Part shown: positions 51,994 to 64,000 of the stretch, one piece after another | How the letters are laid out: the number at the start of each line of letters is the position of its first letter | Numbering within the stretch: the stretch's first letter is position 1 | Source: Octopus sinensis | Taxonomy: Eukaryota | Reading direction: 5' to 3' | Assembly: GCF_006345805.1 (NCBI RefSeq) | Contig: NC_043010.1 | Span: forward strand, 5,828,001 to 5,892,000 | Length of the DNA stretch: 64,000 bases | Position numbers and translations under genes: made by a program | The notes under the pieces: generated by a model | What the model was told of the DNA's origin: nothing | The model's input: the letters and a program-made list of their open reading frames with translations, nothing else | The model's database searches: none

Positions 51994-52522
51994 CTAGCAG
52001 AAATACCCATTGTTGACTGGGTTCAGAAAGAGTCTTCAAAAGTTATTCCCTGATTTATGAAAGTTGCTGCTTCAATATTATTGAATCTTTTGTAGCGGAA
52101 TATCCGCAAACTCTTATTGCCAGGCTTTGACCCAAAAAGTTATAATATTTTACTAATGGGTCTGCTGATAGTCACTCTCTTCAGCTCTTTCTCTTTTCCT
52201 ACACTGAGATTGCTTAGGTAGTCCAAATCTAATTATTTTTGGAGGTATTGTAGTAGGATGAATTAATCTATAAGACAGGGGACTTAACTCATGTTATCAA
52301 ACTTACAGATTTCCCTGATGTGAAAATTGGTAAAAGTTATGGTCAAAAAGCTATTTTTACCGCTATCCGGGGGCACCTCGGGGAAAAATAAGTTGACAAA
52401 AGCACAGCCATGGTTGTGACCAATGTCCTCCTAAAATTGGAGTGACATGCATGCTAATTTGTGGTCGTGCATAAAGTACATTCACGTACACACACACACA
52501 TCCTGCCTTTTATAGATATAGA
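51994..52522 (-). mobile_element. Non-autonomous Helitron of a second family
   Basis: Minus-strand 5' A|TCTATATCTATAAAA and 3' CCCAGTCAACAATGGG hairpin followed by CTGCTAG|T. Confidence 0.6.
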
Positions 52523-52559
52523 TAACATTATGTAATTTCGTGTTGTTATGTAACCATTC

Positions 52560-52870
52560 CATTTCTTCAGGTGATATTTTGCAAAATATTTCCAAAATAT
52601 TTGGTAGAATATTGCCTAAAGAAATTTAGGTTGATTTCCTGTAAGCTTTTGACATGAGCATTAGACATGCTCTGAGAATCATTGGCAAGTTGGGCTGCCC
52701 ATCAATGATTGCTTGATAATTTGTTTGTCAGAGTACACACTGCTATAAAAGTCTATTTAACTCAAATCATGTTCTATTGAAACTTATTCAAGTGGACTGG
52801 AATAGTTCTGAACAGCATGATATCCCTGTGTCAATTTTTTTCACCATATATGTTGCAGTTGCAATTACAC
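52560..52870 (+). mobile_element. Decayed RTE reverse transcriptase fragment
   Basis: KAFD-like ...ALRIIGKLGCP...QHDIPVSIFFTIYV (QGD-P motif region); same family as 56530. Confidence 0.55.
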
Positions 52871-52988
52871 ATGCATTTAAAGACTGTCCTCTAAGAATAG
52901 CTGTCTTTGTGACATAATAGACCTCTGTGCAAATCAATGCACATGTGGTGATGGTTTGAAGTATCCATTCATTTATGTTTACTATATA

Positions 52989-53180
52989 CTAGCAGAGATA
53001 CCCGGCATTGCTAGGGATTAAAATGGCATAGTTTGTATATATACACACACACACACTACAAACAAAACACACATACGATATATATACATACACGCACACA
53101 TACACATACTTCAAAGTACTGACCTGTGGCAGGGACAAAAACACCACTCCTTATTCTTACAAAGCTACAACCACACACAT

Positions 53181-53221
<41 letters not shown>

Positions 53222-53581
53222 TCATCATTGCACACATACACACACACACGCAGACCTCCGCGCATGCACACATCCACACTTACACACACATTCCCCCGCC
53301 TAACATTCTGCTGTCTTTGACTATACTACTCTTCTGTCTTTGAAAACATCTTTCTTCACCCTTTTCCTTCCAGTCTTTCAAAATGTGACCTCGTGTGTAC
53401 CGTTGGCGATTTTTTTTCCTCTGTCTTCCCTTCTCTGGATCTTTCCTTCTCCTATGTTTCCGACGAAGAGCTCCACTCGAAACATTAAACCCTCTTTCTT
53501 TCCTTCTTTCTTGAGCGTCCAATAATACTATATTTGTTCCACGTCCTCGTGTTGTGTTTTTTTGTATTTTCTTGTTTGGAT

Positions 53582-53628
<47 letters not shown>

Positions 53629-54100
53629 TGCATTCATGTTGAAACAGGTGATACAGGAAAGAGCAGCATTGATGACAAAACAATTGTGGAGTAAATGACA
53701 ATTTGAGTTTAGCTCACCAATTTGGACAGAATTATAATTTTTATAAGAATGGGATGGATCATATCTAAAAGCAGCTCCAGGTGTTGTGAAGAATGAATTT
53801 GTACATGGTCTGTTTTGGAGAACTATTCTATTGGACCTCTGTGTAATCTGGCGTGCTAAACATCGTTTTAATGATTCAGCGTTAAGTGCTGCAGCATATC
53901 TTTGCTGATCTTGAGAAAGTCTCATCTCTCTTCCCTCTTGAGACTCCACCTGATGTGCTGCAGCATGCCTCTGGTGATTTTGAGAAAGTCTCCTCTCCCT
54001 TCTGTATTCAAATTCCATCTAACATGCCACAGCATGCCTTTGCTGATGTTAAGAAAGTCTCATGTCCCTTATCTCTTGAGACTCTCGCGTTCGGTTTTCT
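52989..54100 (-). mobile_element. Helitron deletion derivative retaining RepHel N-terminal coding remnant with 23-aa repeats
   Basis: 3' CCCTAGCAATGCCGGG hairpin and CTAG|T at 52989. The ORF has three 69-nt repeats (ESQEGREMRLSQDQQRYAAALNA) followed by AAFRYDPSHSYKNYNSVQIGELNSNC. The 5' end was not located. Confidence 0.7.
53290..53585 (+). mobile_element. Penelope-like terminal fragment with a degenerate hammerhead, nested in the Helitron
   Basis: CCGACGAAGAGCTCCACTCGAAACATTA at 53460 (mutated CTGATGA...GAAAC). The tail resembles that of the 3473 element. Confidence 0.55.
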
Positions 54101-54238
54101 GCACTCCTCCTTGCTTTATAGGTGTTTCTGGAGAGATTACAGTTTGGCTTTAGTAGCATATTTTTTTCAATATTTTAAACAAAAATTATGTACACAAAAA
54201 AATATATATATTAATCTCTATTTTTGTAAGCAGTTGTA

Positions 54239-54747
54239 CGTAAATCTTCGAGTATAATCCGCATTTTTTCCCCAAAATTTAAAGGTCAAAATCCCTAGTG
54301 CGTACTATATACGAGGTTAAAAATGAAAAATATTTTCTAAGTAATGTCCGAGTCTCTATTTGCTGTCCGGCAATGTTTATTCAGATGCATTTTATGATGT
54401 CGGGCATGAAAATACCTTAAGCTAAGCTTGAAAGCAATGAAGAATCATAACTTGCAGTAAGCAACATTTATTAAAATAAAAGTATTCAGAACACAGAACA
54501 ACATGTAACAAAAACAATTTGCAAACATATTTACATTCCCATATAACAGTTAAGAACATCACCATTATTGTATTACACATGCATGGAAGTGTTTGTTTGA
54601 CTAGGTGCTGCTGGCTTAATTACGCATGACTCAAGTTAGAGAAGGAGGTGTGTATTATACACAAGGTTTAGGTTTTTCAGAGGTACAACCCTCTAAAAAT
54701 CCCTTGCGTGTTATACTCAAGGGCGGACTATACTCGAGGATTTACAG
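54239..54747. mobile_element. TA-flanked MITE with ~24-bp TIRs (Tc2/pogo-like termini)
   Basis: TA|C-GTAAATCTTCGAGTATAATCCGC...GCGGACTATACTCGAGGATTTACAG|TA. Confidence 0.8.
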
Positions 54748-55545
54748 TATGTATGTAGTATGTCTATATTTTTGCATGCAGTTTAAAGTAACCAAATATA
54801 AGCAAATTGTAAATTCCTTGCAACTGCTGCAATAATTATGAACTGTTAATGGTACAGTAGATATGTATTTTTATATAACTTGGACCTTCCATGTAATTGT
54901 TTTTTGTCAAAAGTTTGTGTAGGTGTATGTGTGTTTAACAGCGTAGGTAACAGGCATGCAAACACACACATTCATAGACACATATACATTCATATAAAAA
55001 ATGTGATGATATGCACACATACACTCTCTATACAGACAGATACATATAGTAAGAGAGACACATACAGACATACATTCAAGCATGTCAGTCGTCACATGTA
55101 TATATGTATGTGTAGATGTGTGTGTTCAACATACCTGACATGGAAACATACACACAGTCAGAGAGACATATGCACTCATACACCCACACACATACACTCA
55201 GAGGCACATACACACTCATATATGTGACGTTGTTGTCGTCATGGTTTGAAATGTCCTTTACTATCTTGTACACATCGAATGCGCAAACACACACAGAAAA
55301 GTGAAAAAAATAAAGGTGAAGCTATATTACACAACGGTTTTCGATAGAGGGAGAAATGTAAATAGTGTATTTAAATAGATGGAGTGCAGAAGATCTAAAA
55401 TAAGTAAAGTAGTGTTGTAGGGAGAATGTACAAATAGTGTAAAGCCAAAGACATTTACACCAGACAAAACTGAAATACACTGACATCAATTTTCAGAGAA
55501 AGAGATCTGTATATGTGAAAGTGCGAAAAAGAAAAAGAGATAACT

Positions 55546-55576
<31 letters not shown>

Positions 55577-55780
55577 CGAAAGAATCAAAGGGAGAGAATT
55601 GGTTGAAAACTGCAGTTTTTTAGAGAAAAACCCACGTGAAAATCTTTTTTCACTGTCAGTTTGTTGCATTATGCAGGAGCTCTGAGCAAAATGTTGTAGT
55701 GCATGACCATTCAGGGCACATAAGTAATGTGTGTGTAAAGTTTGGTGAAAACTGGTTAAAAACTGCAGAAATGCATTTGC

Positions 55781-55823
<43 letters not shown>

Positions 55824-55832
55824 CCTGTGTTT

Positions 55833-55883
<51 letters not shown>

Positions 55884-56529
55884 CTTTTATCTTTTACATG
55901 TTTCAGTCATTATACTGTGGTCATGCCAGTGCACCACTTTGAAGAATTTTTAGTCAAATGCTAACATGGAAGGTGGATGTTAAGCAATGATGATGATGAT
56001 GATGATGAATTAACCCAAATACTTATCTTCTTTTTCAAACCGGGTACTTATTCTATTGGTCTCTGTTGCTGAACCACTAAGTTACAGGGATATAAACACA
56101 CCAACACCAGTTGTCAAACAGCAGTGGGGGACAAACACAGGTAGATAGACAAACACACACACACACACACACACATATATCTATGTGTGTGTGTGTGTAT
56201 GTATGTGTGTATATATATATGTATATATATATGTATATATATGTGTGTATATATATATGTATGTATATATATATACATAAGTATATATATACATATGTAT
56301 ATGTGTGTATGTGTATATATATATATACATATGTATTATGTGTATGTATATATATATATATGATGGGCTTCTTTTATGTGTCTTCCAAATCCACGCACAG
56401 AGCTTTGCAGCCCGAGCCTTTCGTAGAAGACAGTTGCCCAAGGTGCTATACAGTGGGACTGAATTTGGAACCATGTGTTTGAGGATCAAGCTTCTTACCA
56501 CACAGCCATTCCAGTCCACTTGAGCAGGT

Positions 56530-57110
56530 TTCAATTGACGACAGTTTGAGTTAAATGAACTTTTAAATCAGTGTGTAGTGGGACAAACAAATCAGTAAAC
56601 ATTGGTGGACAGCCCAGCTTGTTAAAGATTCTCAGAGCATTTCTATTGCTTATGTCAAAAGCTGTTATGAGATCAACCTCAACTTGATTAATGGAAAGCC
56701 TCTGTTCTATGCATATCTCAGGTAATGCCTTACCAAATCTAAATACATATTGTAACTCTGGGTCATTGATGAAGCATATGCATGTCTGCACTTCATTCAA
56801 TAAAAGTCTGGTAAATATCTTACTAACAGTTAGAAGTAAGGAAATACCATGAAAATTATTATGATTAGACTCAACACCTTTTCTCTTGTACAGTGAAATC
56901 AGTATGGCATCTCTCCAATCCTGTGGAACTGGAGAGCTGTACTGTATGTTGACAGCTAAGTCACAAGATCAATCACTACATCACTGCTGAATAACCTTAT
57001 CTGCAATATCATTAGCTCTTGTTTTTCTTTTGTTCATTTATATGAAACTCTATGTTTGTTGCTCACCTCTTAATATATATTGTTGGTTTGTTTACAACTC
57101 ATTAGTATTG
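56530..57110 (-). mobile_element. Decayed RTE reverse transcriptase fragment
   Basis: PQDWRDAILISLYKRKG...CIEQRLSINQVEVDLITAFDISNRNALRIFNKLGCPPMF. Confidence 0.8.
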
Positions 57111-57186
57111 CCACTCAGAAAAATGTGATTGATTGAAGAAGGACTAATCTTAAAACAGGTACTGGAGTTAATTGGATTGATGAGAC

Positions 57187-57534
57187 CAGTGGTTCTCAAC
57201 TGGGGTCTTTATGGCCCCTGAGGGTCCTTATAAGATTTTGGGGGTCCACACAATAAAATAGTTAATTGGGGATCCACAATAGTATTTTAATGGCCCCTGA
57301 AAAAATTTTGCTTTCGATGTATGTATTGGCATGTATTGAAGAAACAGCTAGGGTTCTTTCTCTAACATTTAACATAGTCCAACTTACACAGGTTAATGTG
57401 TGAAAATCAAAATAGAAATTTTGAAAGGAGCATCTATAAAACTAGTTTTTAAACATCGAATGGCCATGGGAGTCCACCAGAATAAAATAGTAATCAAAGG
57501 GGTCCTTTGATAAAAAAACAGTTGAGAACCCCTG
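57187..57534. mobile_element. hAT (Charlie-like) MITE
   Basis: TIRs CAGTGGTTCTCAAC / GTTGAGAACCCCTG; 8-bp flanks GATGAGAC and GATTAGGC (6/8 match). Confidence 0.8.
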
Positions 57535-57901
57535 GATTAGGCTCTTCAAGATGTGCCCAGGCATGGCTGCAGCTGAATCACTGAAACAACTGAAAGAATA
57601 AAAGTGTGTGTGTGTGTGCATGTGTATGTGTGTGTATCTTTGTGCCTTTGTTTGTCCAGCCCCCCCTCCCCCACTATCACTTGACAACCAATGTTGGTGT
57701 GTTTATGTCCCAGTAACTTAGTTGTTTGGCAAAAGAGACCGATAGAATAAATAGCAAGCTTATAAAAAAGTAATTACTGGTGTTGTTTCTTCAGCTAAAA
57801 CGTCTTTAAGGGGGTGCCCAAGTCTAACAACTGGAACAAGTAAAAGATAAAAGATATACAGTTGTGTGTGTGGGGGGGCACGTGATGGTGTGTGTGCTTA
57901 T

Positions 57902-57936
<35 letters not shown>

Positions 57937-57954
57937 CAAATATATAGGAGGAGG

Positions 57955-58295
57955 AGGAGACCCCCTTCGGTCATAAACGACCATGGGATTGCACCTAGAA
58001 AGTTACCCTCCCAGGCACAAGTCCAGGCAAAGCTGTTTATTGAAGTCCAGCAGTCGTCCATGCATACCAGCCTCCCCTCTCCATGCCACTGATTCTACCC
58101 AAGGGAAAGGCAAAGGCCGATACAGCTTGGCACCTGTGATGTTGCAACTCATTTCTCTAGCTGAGTGAACTGGAGCAACGTGAAATAAAGTGTCTTGCTC
58201 AAGAACACAACACACACAGCCCGGTCTAGGAATCAAACTCACAACCTCACGATCGTAAGCTCTACACTCTAACCACTGAGCCATCTGCCTTCACA
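57955..58295 (-). mobile_element. Family D SINE with (CCT)n tail
   Basis: tRNA-like head (TGGCTCAGTGG; GAGTTTGATTCC) and CTTGAGCAAGACACTT core. Confidence 0.8.
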
Positions 58296-58298
58296 CAA

Positions 58299-58329
<31 letters not shown>

Positions 58330-58361
58330 TATGTGTGTAAATATGTCTGTAAGAATGTATG

Positions 58362-58402
<41 letters not shown>

Positions 58403-59130
58403 GTGTGTGTATTTATATACACATTCATATACCCTTATATACATACATTCTTGTGTGTGTGCATGCACGTGTGAGAGAGAGAGCGATCAAACATATAAAT
58501 CATTGTATATATAAGTATGTATTTCTCTGCATATTTATGTGCAAGTGTTTGCAAGTGTGCACGTGCATTTGGTAGTTATAATTCTAGCTGAAACATCTCT
58601 TGGAAATAATGATATTTATCAGATGCTGCATCAGGTTTGTCTAATGCCAGCTTCAACAGAGCAATCATTAGGAGAAAAACCTTCAGATGTCAAAGACTAC
58701 AATTGCAAGATATTAGAGAAAGCATCTGGAGGCAAGTTTAGTTCATTAGATCACCAAGTCTACTAAGTTAAACACTGATACAACATCTACATTACCATTG
58801 ATGTTATGTAATTAGAATTTTGTCTTTTTAGCTTAATTTTACACACTTCCTCTATCAGTCTAGTAACCTTAATATATATATATATACATACATACATACA
58901 TGTCACACATACACACATTAGACACATACCACAGACATGCACACATACGTACACATCGATTATATTGTATGGATATGTACATATATATTTGAATGGATGT
59001 ATGTGTGTACGCAAACAAGGTTGTTAATATAGATGAGCAAAAACCTATGCATAGACACAGACAAACACAGACATAAAAGAAAAGATGTTTAACATATATA
59101 CACAAACACACATCCCTATACATCATGCAT

Positions 59131-62100
59131 ATATCATCATCATCATCATCCTCATTTAACGTCCGCTTTCCATGCTAGCATGGGTTGGACGGTTCAACTG
59201 GAGTCTGGGGAGCCCGAAGGCTGCACCAGGCCAGTCAGATCTGGCAGTGTTTCTTCAGCTGGATGCCCTTTCTAATGCCAACCACTCCGAGAGTGTAGTG
59301 GGTGATTTTATGTGCCACCGACACAGGTGCCAGACGAGGCTGGCGAACGGCCACGCTCGGATGGTGTTTTTTTTTTTATGTGCCACCGACACAGGTGCCA
59401 GACGAGGCTGGCAGACGGCCACGCTCGGATGGTGTTTTTATGTGCCACCGACACAAGTGCCAGATGAGGCTGGCAAACGGCCACGATCGGATGGTGTTTG
59501 TTACGTGCCCACAGCACGGAGGCCAGTCGATGCGGTACTGGCTACGGCCACGTTCAGATGGTTTTCTTGTGTGCCACCGGCACTGGTACCACAAAGATAC
59601 AAATTCCATTGATGTTCATCTATTTTGATTTGGTTTGATTTTCACTTGCCTCAACAGGTCTTCACAAGTGTCACATACTTGCCTCAACAGGTCTTCACAA
59701 GTGTCATAAGAAGGAAGGTATGCACAGGTAGACTGACTACGTCCCAGGGAGGGGCCACGGGTTATGGCCTGACTAGTCTTGCCGGGTCTTTGGATGGTGT
59801 TTTTATGTGCCACCAACACAGGTGCCAGATGAGGCTGGCGAACGGCCACAATCGGATGGTGTTTGTTACGTGCCCACAGCACGATGTGGTACTGGCTACC
59901 GCCACGTTCGGATGGTTTTCTTGTGTGCCACCGGCATTGGTACCACAAAGATACAAATTCCATTGATGTTCATCTATTTTGATTTGTTTTGATTGGATTT
60001 GATTATGATTGTGATTATGATTATTATTATTATCACTTGCCTCAACAGGTCTTCACAAGTGTCATAAGAAGGAAGGTATGCACAGGTGGACTGACTACGT
60101 CCCAGGAAGGGGCCACGGGCTATGGCCTGACTAGTCTTGCCGGGTCTTCGGACAGGTGCCAGATGAGGCTGGCGAACGGCCACGATCGGATGGCGTTTGT
60201 TATGTGCCCACAGCACGGAGGCCAGTCGATGCAGTACTGGCTACAGCCACGTTCGAATGGTTTTCTTGTGTGCCACCGGCACTGGTACCACAGAGATACA
60301 GATTCCATTGATGTTCATTTGTTTTGATTTTTTGATTTGTTGATTTTTTTTGATTTTCACTTGCCTCAACAGGTCTTCACAAGTGTCACAAGAAGGAAGG
60401 TATGCACAGGTGGACTCCCAGGTAGGGGCCACCACGATCGGATGGTGTTTGTTATGTGCCCACATCACAGAGGCCAGTCGATGCGGGACTGGCTACGGCC
60501 ACGTTCGGATGGTTTTCTTGTGTGCCACCGGTACTGGTACCACAAAGATACAAATTCCATTGATGTTCATCTATTTTGATTTGGTTTGATTTGATTTTCA
60601 CTTGCCTCAACAGGTCTTCACAAGTGTCACACACTTGCCTCTGCCTCAACAGGTCTTCACAAGTGTCACACACTTGCCTCAACAAGTGTCACACACTTGC
60701 CTCAACAAGTGTCACACACTTGCCTCAACAAGTGTCACACACTTGCCTCAACAGGTCTTCACAAGTGTCATAAGAAGGAAGGTATGCACAGGTGGACTGA
60801 CTACGTCGCCGGGTCTTCGGATGGTGTTTTTATGTGCCACCGACACAGGTGCCAGATGAGGCTGGCGAACGGCCACGATCAGATGGTGTTTGTTGTGCCC
60901 ACAGCACGGAGGCCAGTCGATGCGGTACTGGCTACGGCCACGTTCGGATGGTTTTCTTGTGTGCCACCGGTACTGGAACCACAAAGATACAAATTCCATT
61001 GATGTTCATCTATTTTGATTTGTTTTGATTTGATTTTCACTTGCCTCAACAGGTCTTCATAAGTGTCACAAGAAGGAAGGTATGCACAGGTGGACTGACT
61101 ACGTCCCAGGTAGGGGCCACGGGTTATGGCCTGACTAGTCTTGCCGGGTCTTCTCACGCACAGCATACTTCCATAGGTCTCGGTCTCTAGACATTTCCTT
61201 AGTGAGACCTAAAGTTCGAAGGTCGTGCTTCACCACCTCGTCCCAGGTTTTCCTGGGTCTACCTCTTCCACAGGTTCCCTCAACTGCTAGGGTGTAGCAC
61301 TTTTGCACACAACTATCTTCAGCCTTTCTCGTCACATGACCATACCAGCGCAGCCATCTCTCTTGCACACCACAACTGACGCTTCTTAGGTTCAACTTTT
61401 CTCTCAAGGAACTTACACTCTGACGATTATGAACACTGACATTACACATCCATCGGAGCATACTGGCTTCATTTCTTGCGAGCTTACGCATATCCTCAGC
61501 AGTCACGGCCCATGTTTCACTACCATGTAGCATGGCTGTACGTACACATGCATCATACAGTCTGCCTTTTACTCTGAGCGAGAGGCCTTTTGTCACCAGC
61601 AGGGGTAAGAGCTCTCTAAACTTTGCCCAGGCTATTCTTACTCTAGCAGTTACACTTTCAGCACACCTACCCCCGCTACTAACTTGGTCTCCTAGGTAGC
61701 GGAAGCTATCAACTACTTCTAGTTTGTCTCCCTGGAACGTGGCAGAAGTTGGTCTCTGCACATTTCCAGTGTTTATTGCTCCTGAGCATTTGCCACAGAC
61801 AAAAACTATTTTCCTAGTTAGCCTTCCTTTGACATTGCTGCACCTCTTATGTGTCCATAGCTTACACTTGGTGCATCTTATAGAGTTTCTACCTACACCT
61901 TTTTTACAGATCGAGCAGGGCCATCTACCTGAAGGCGTTTGTGATTGATCTACCTTCCTACTTATTAGGACTTTGGTTTTGGCTAGGTTGATTCTAAGGC
62001 CCTTCGATTCTAATCCTTGTTTCCACACCTGAAACTTTTCCTCCAGTTCTGATAGTGACTCAGCAATTAGAGCAAGGTCATCAGCATAGAGGAGCTCCCA

Positions 62101-64000
62101 GGGGCAACCTGTCTTGAATTCCTCCGTTATTGCCTGGAGGACTATGATAAATAGGAGGGGACTAAGGACTGAACCTTGGTGGACCCCAACCTCTACCCGG
62201 AATTCTTCACTGTACTCGTTGCCAACCCTCACCTTACTAGCAGCGTCTCTGTACATGGCTTGCACAGCTCTCACCAACCATTCATCTATCCCTAGTTTCC
62301 TCATTGACCACCAGATAAGGGATCGGGGGACCCTGTCAAAGGCTTTCTCCAAGTCAACAAAAGCCAGGTACAAGGGCTTATCTTTGGCTAGGTATTTCTC
62401 CTGCAGCTGTCTTACCAGGAATATAGCATCAGTAGTACTTTTCCCTGGCACGAACCCAAACTGCATATCATCTAAGCTAACTCTCTCTCTAATTAGTTGG
62501 GCTATAACCCTCTCCGTAACCTTCATTACCTGATCCAGCAGCTTGATGCCCCTGTAGTTATTTGTCTCTAGGGCGTCGCCTTTACCTTTGTAGCAGTTGA
62601 CTATTATGCTGCTACACCAGTCATTGGGTATGACCCCCTCGTGTATCACCTGGTTAACTATACGGGTGACTAAGCTATAGCCGACACCACCAGATATTTT
62701 GAGCATCTCTGCAGTAATTCCTGATGGGCCTGGGGCTTTCCCTGTTTTCATGCTTCTAATTGCCTTATCTACTAAGGAACTGTTAACTCGGATTGCTGGT
62801 CCCTCTGTTGGGTCGACATTCGGCAGACTCTCTTTATCCCATTCATTTTCTTCATTCAGCAACCTATCATAGTGGCGTCTCCAAGCTTCTCTCTTTGCAT
62901 CCTCATTTAGCGCAAGTGAGCCATCCTCCATGCGAACACATTTCTCTCCTACCACGTCACGATTCTCTCTCACACACTGTCTTGCAACACGAAATACCTC
63001 AAGTCTTTCATCCTCACGACGCAGGACATTGGCAAATTTTTCCTTATCTGCCTCCCCTCTGGCTAGATAGACCTGTCTCCTGGCTTCCCTTCTGGCAGAC
63101 TGATACACTTCCCTGCTACCACCGTTCTTCCAGGCCTTCCAAGCCTGTTTCTTTTGTCTAATAGCCCTGTCAACAATATTGTTCCACCACCACGTTATTT
63201 TGGGTCTTAAGGGGACTTTGCACCAGCCACAGATCTGGTCAGTGGCTTTCAGCAGGTTGTCCCTCAGAAGCGTCCAGTTGTCTTCTACCCCATGCGTAGC
63301 TATACTCCCTTCCATTTCGTCTAAGGCTTCAAATAACATATCTCTAAATCTCTGTCCATTCGCAGGGTCTTTAAGCTTCCAGACCCTTCTTCTCCATGTT
63401 GGTCGTCTTCTAGTCGCCCTCTTAGTCCTGATCCTAAAGTCACTAACTACCAGTCTATGTTGTGGGGTGCATTCTTCACCTGGGAAGGTTTTGGCATTTA
63501 TAAGCAGCCATCTTTCCCTTTTTCTGGCAAGGATGTAGTCGATTTGGCTAGTATGCCGGCCCGATCGGTAGGTGACCAGGTGGCTTGTCGGTTTCCTGAA
63601 GTTAGTGTTGCAAATCATAAGACTATTCGCATCGCAGAACTCCAGCAGCTTGGTTCCCTCCTCGTTGCGGGAACCATAACCGTAGCCTCCATGCATGCCA
63701 TGGAAGCCCCCAGCACATCGTCCAACATGCCCATTGAAGTCACCAGCCACAAAGAGAAGGTCCCTCTCGTTCGTCAATGATGTGGTCTGCAGTAGGGTGT
63801 CATAGAAACAGTCTTTCTGTCCATCAGGTAGCCCTGGCTGAGGGGCATAGGCCGATATAATAGTTGCTAAACTATGATGGAGCACTAATCTAATCTTAAT
63901 TATTCTGTCACTTACTCTGACTACCTCGATTACCTTATCTACCCATTTTTCAGCGATAAGCATGCCCACACCCCCGACTCCGTCAGTATTCCCAGCCCAG
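59131..64000 (-). mobile_element. Young RTE-clade LINE (5' end outside the window)
   Basis: Intact ORF, ~2-kb repetitive 3' UTR, CCATGCTAGCATGG terminal palindrome and (GAT)n tail. Confidence 0.97.
61135..63999 (-). CDS. RTE ORF: APE endonuclease + reverse transcriptase + C4HC3 PHD-like finger (N-terminus beyond the window)
   Basis: APE motifs SAYAPQ, GDFNGH, IDY and QHR; RT motifs YRGIKL, DLEKAFD, QGSVLSP and YADD (62077-62088). No stops over >940 codons, and the frame stays open to the window edge (WAGNTDGVGGVGM). Confidence 0.97.
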   Translation of the reverse strand, partial: WAGNTDGVGGVGMLIAEKWVDKVIEVVRVSDRIIKIRLVLHHSLATIISAYAPQPGLPDGQKDCFYDTLLQTTSLTNERDLLFVAGDFNGHVGRCAGGFHGMHGGYGYGSRNEEGTKLLEFCDANSLMICNTNFRKPTSHLVTYRSGRHTSQIDYILARKRERWLLINAKTFPGEECTPQHRLVVSDFRIRTKRATRRRPTWRRRVWKLKDPANGQRFRDMLFEALDEMEGSIATHGVEDNWTLLRDNLLKATDQICGWCKVPLRPKITWWWNNIVDRAIRQKKQAWKAWKNGGSREVYQSARREARRQVYLARGEADKEKFANVLRREDERLEVFRVARQCVRENRDVVGEKCVRMEDGSLALNEDAKREAWRRHYDRLLNEENEWDKESLPNVDPTEGPAIRVNSSLVDKAIRSMKTGKAPGPSGITAEMLKISGGVGYSLVTRIVNQVIHEGVIPNDWCSSIIVNCYKGKGDALETNNYRGIKLLDQVMKVTERVIAQLIRERVSLDDMQFGFVPGKSTTDAIFLVRQLQEKYLAKDKPLYLAFVDLEKAFDRVPRSLIWWSMRKLGIDEWLVRAVQAMYRDAASKVRVGNEYSEEFRVEVGVHQGSVLSPLLFIIVLQAITEEFKTGCPWELLYADDLALIAESLSELEEKFQVWKQGLESKGLRINLAKTKVLISRKVDQSQTPSGRWPCSICKKGVGRNSIRCTKCKLWTHKRCSNVKGRLTRKIVFVCGKCSGAINTGNVQRPTSATFQGDKLEVVDSFRYLGDQVSSGGRCAESVTARVRIAWAKFRELLPLLVTKGLSLRVKGRLYDACVRTAMLHGSETWAVTAEDMRKLARNEASMLRWMCNVSVHNRQSVSSLREKLNLRSVSCGVQERWLRWYGHVTRKAEDSCVQKCYTLAVEGTCGRGRPRKTWDEVVKHDLRTLGLTKEMSRDRDLWKYAVREKTRQD

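Noticed and set aside
58539-58766. 75-aa ORF or possible terminal exon
   Set aside because: No recognisable domain and no linked exons.
59300-61150. CRISPR-like repeat appearance (also the 26.1-26.8 kb array)
   Set aside because: Units are contiguous and homologous throughout with no unique spacers; eukaryotic retroelement context and no cas genes.
61724-63780. Plus-strand ORFs overlapping the RTE
   Set aside because: Antisense shadows of the RTE coding sequence.

Overview
AT-rich, microsatellite-dense eukaryotic DNA made almost entirely of transposable elements and their debris. It is probably from an octopus or other coleoid cephalopod (inference from the SINE and microsatellite landscape; not verified). 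The only long intact reading frame is an RTE-clade LINE ORF on the minus strand (APE endonuclease, reverse transcriptase and a C4HC3 PHD-like finger), which runs off the window end. Its ~2 kb 3' UTR is a hierarchical tandem array. Other content: many tRNA-headed SINE copies from at least four families; decayed mariner (DD34D) and maT (DD37D) transposons; hAT-, piggyBac- and Tc2/pogo-like MITEs; Helitrons (non-autonomous copies, a helicase remnant, an STPR-repeat remnant); Penelope-like fragments; a CRE-like RLE remnant; and a 100-N assembly gap. The most notable structures are a perfect 132-bp palindrome carrying a hammerhead ribozyme motif on each strand, a U6 snRNA pseudogene fused to a retroposon 3' stem-loop tail, a 159-bp tandem SINE array inside one target-site duplication, and an inverted local duplication containing a 25-bp micro-inversion. 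No host gene could be identified, only weak candidate exons. Nearly all short ORFs in the supplied track are microsatellite or repeat artefacts. Family labels A-D are my working names.
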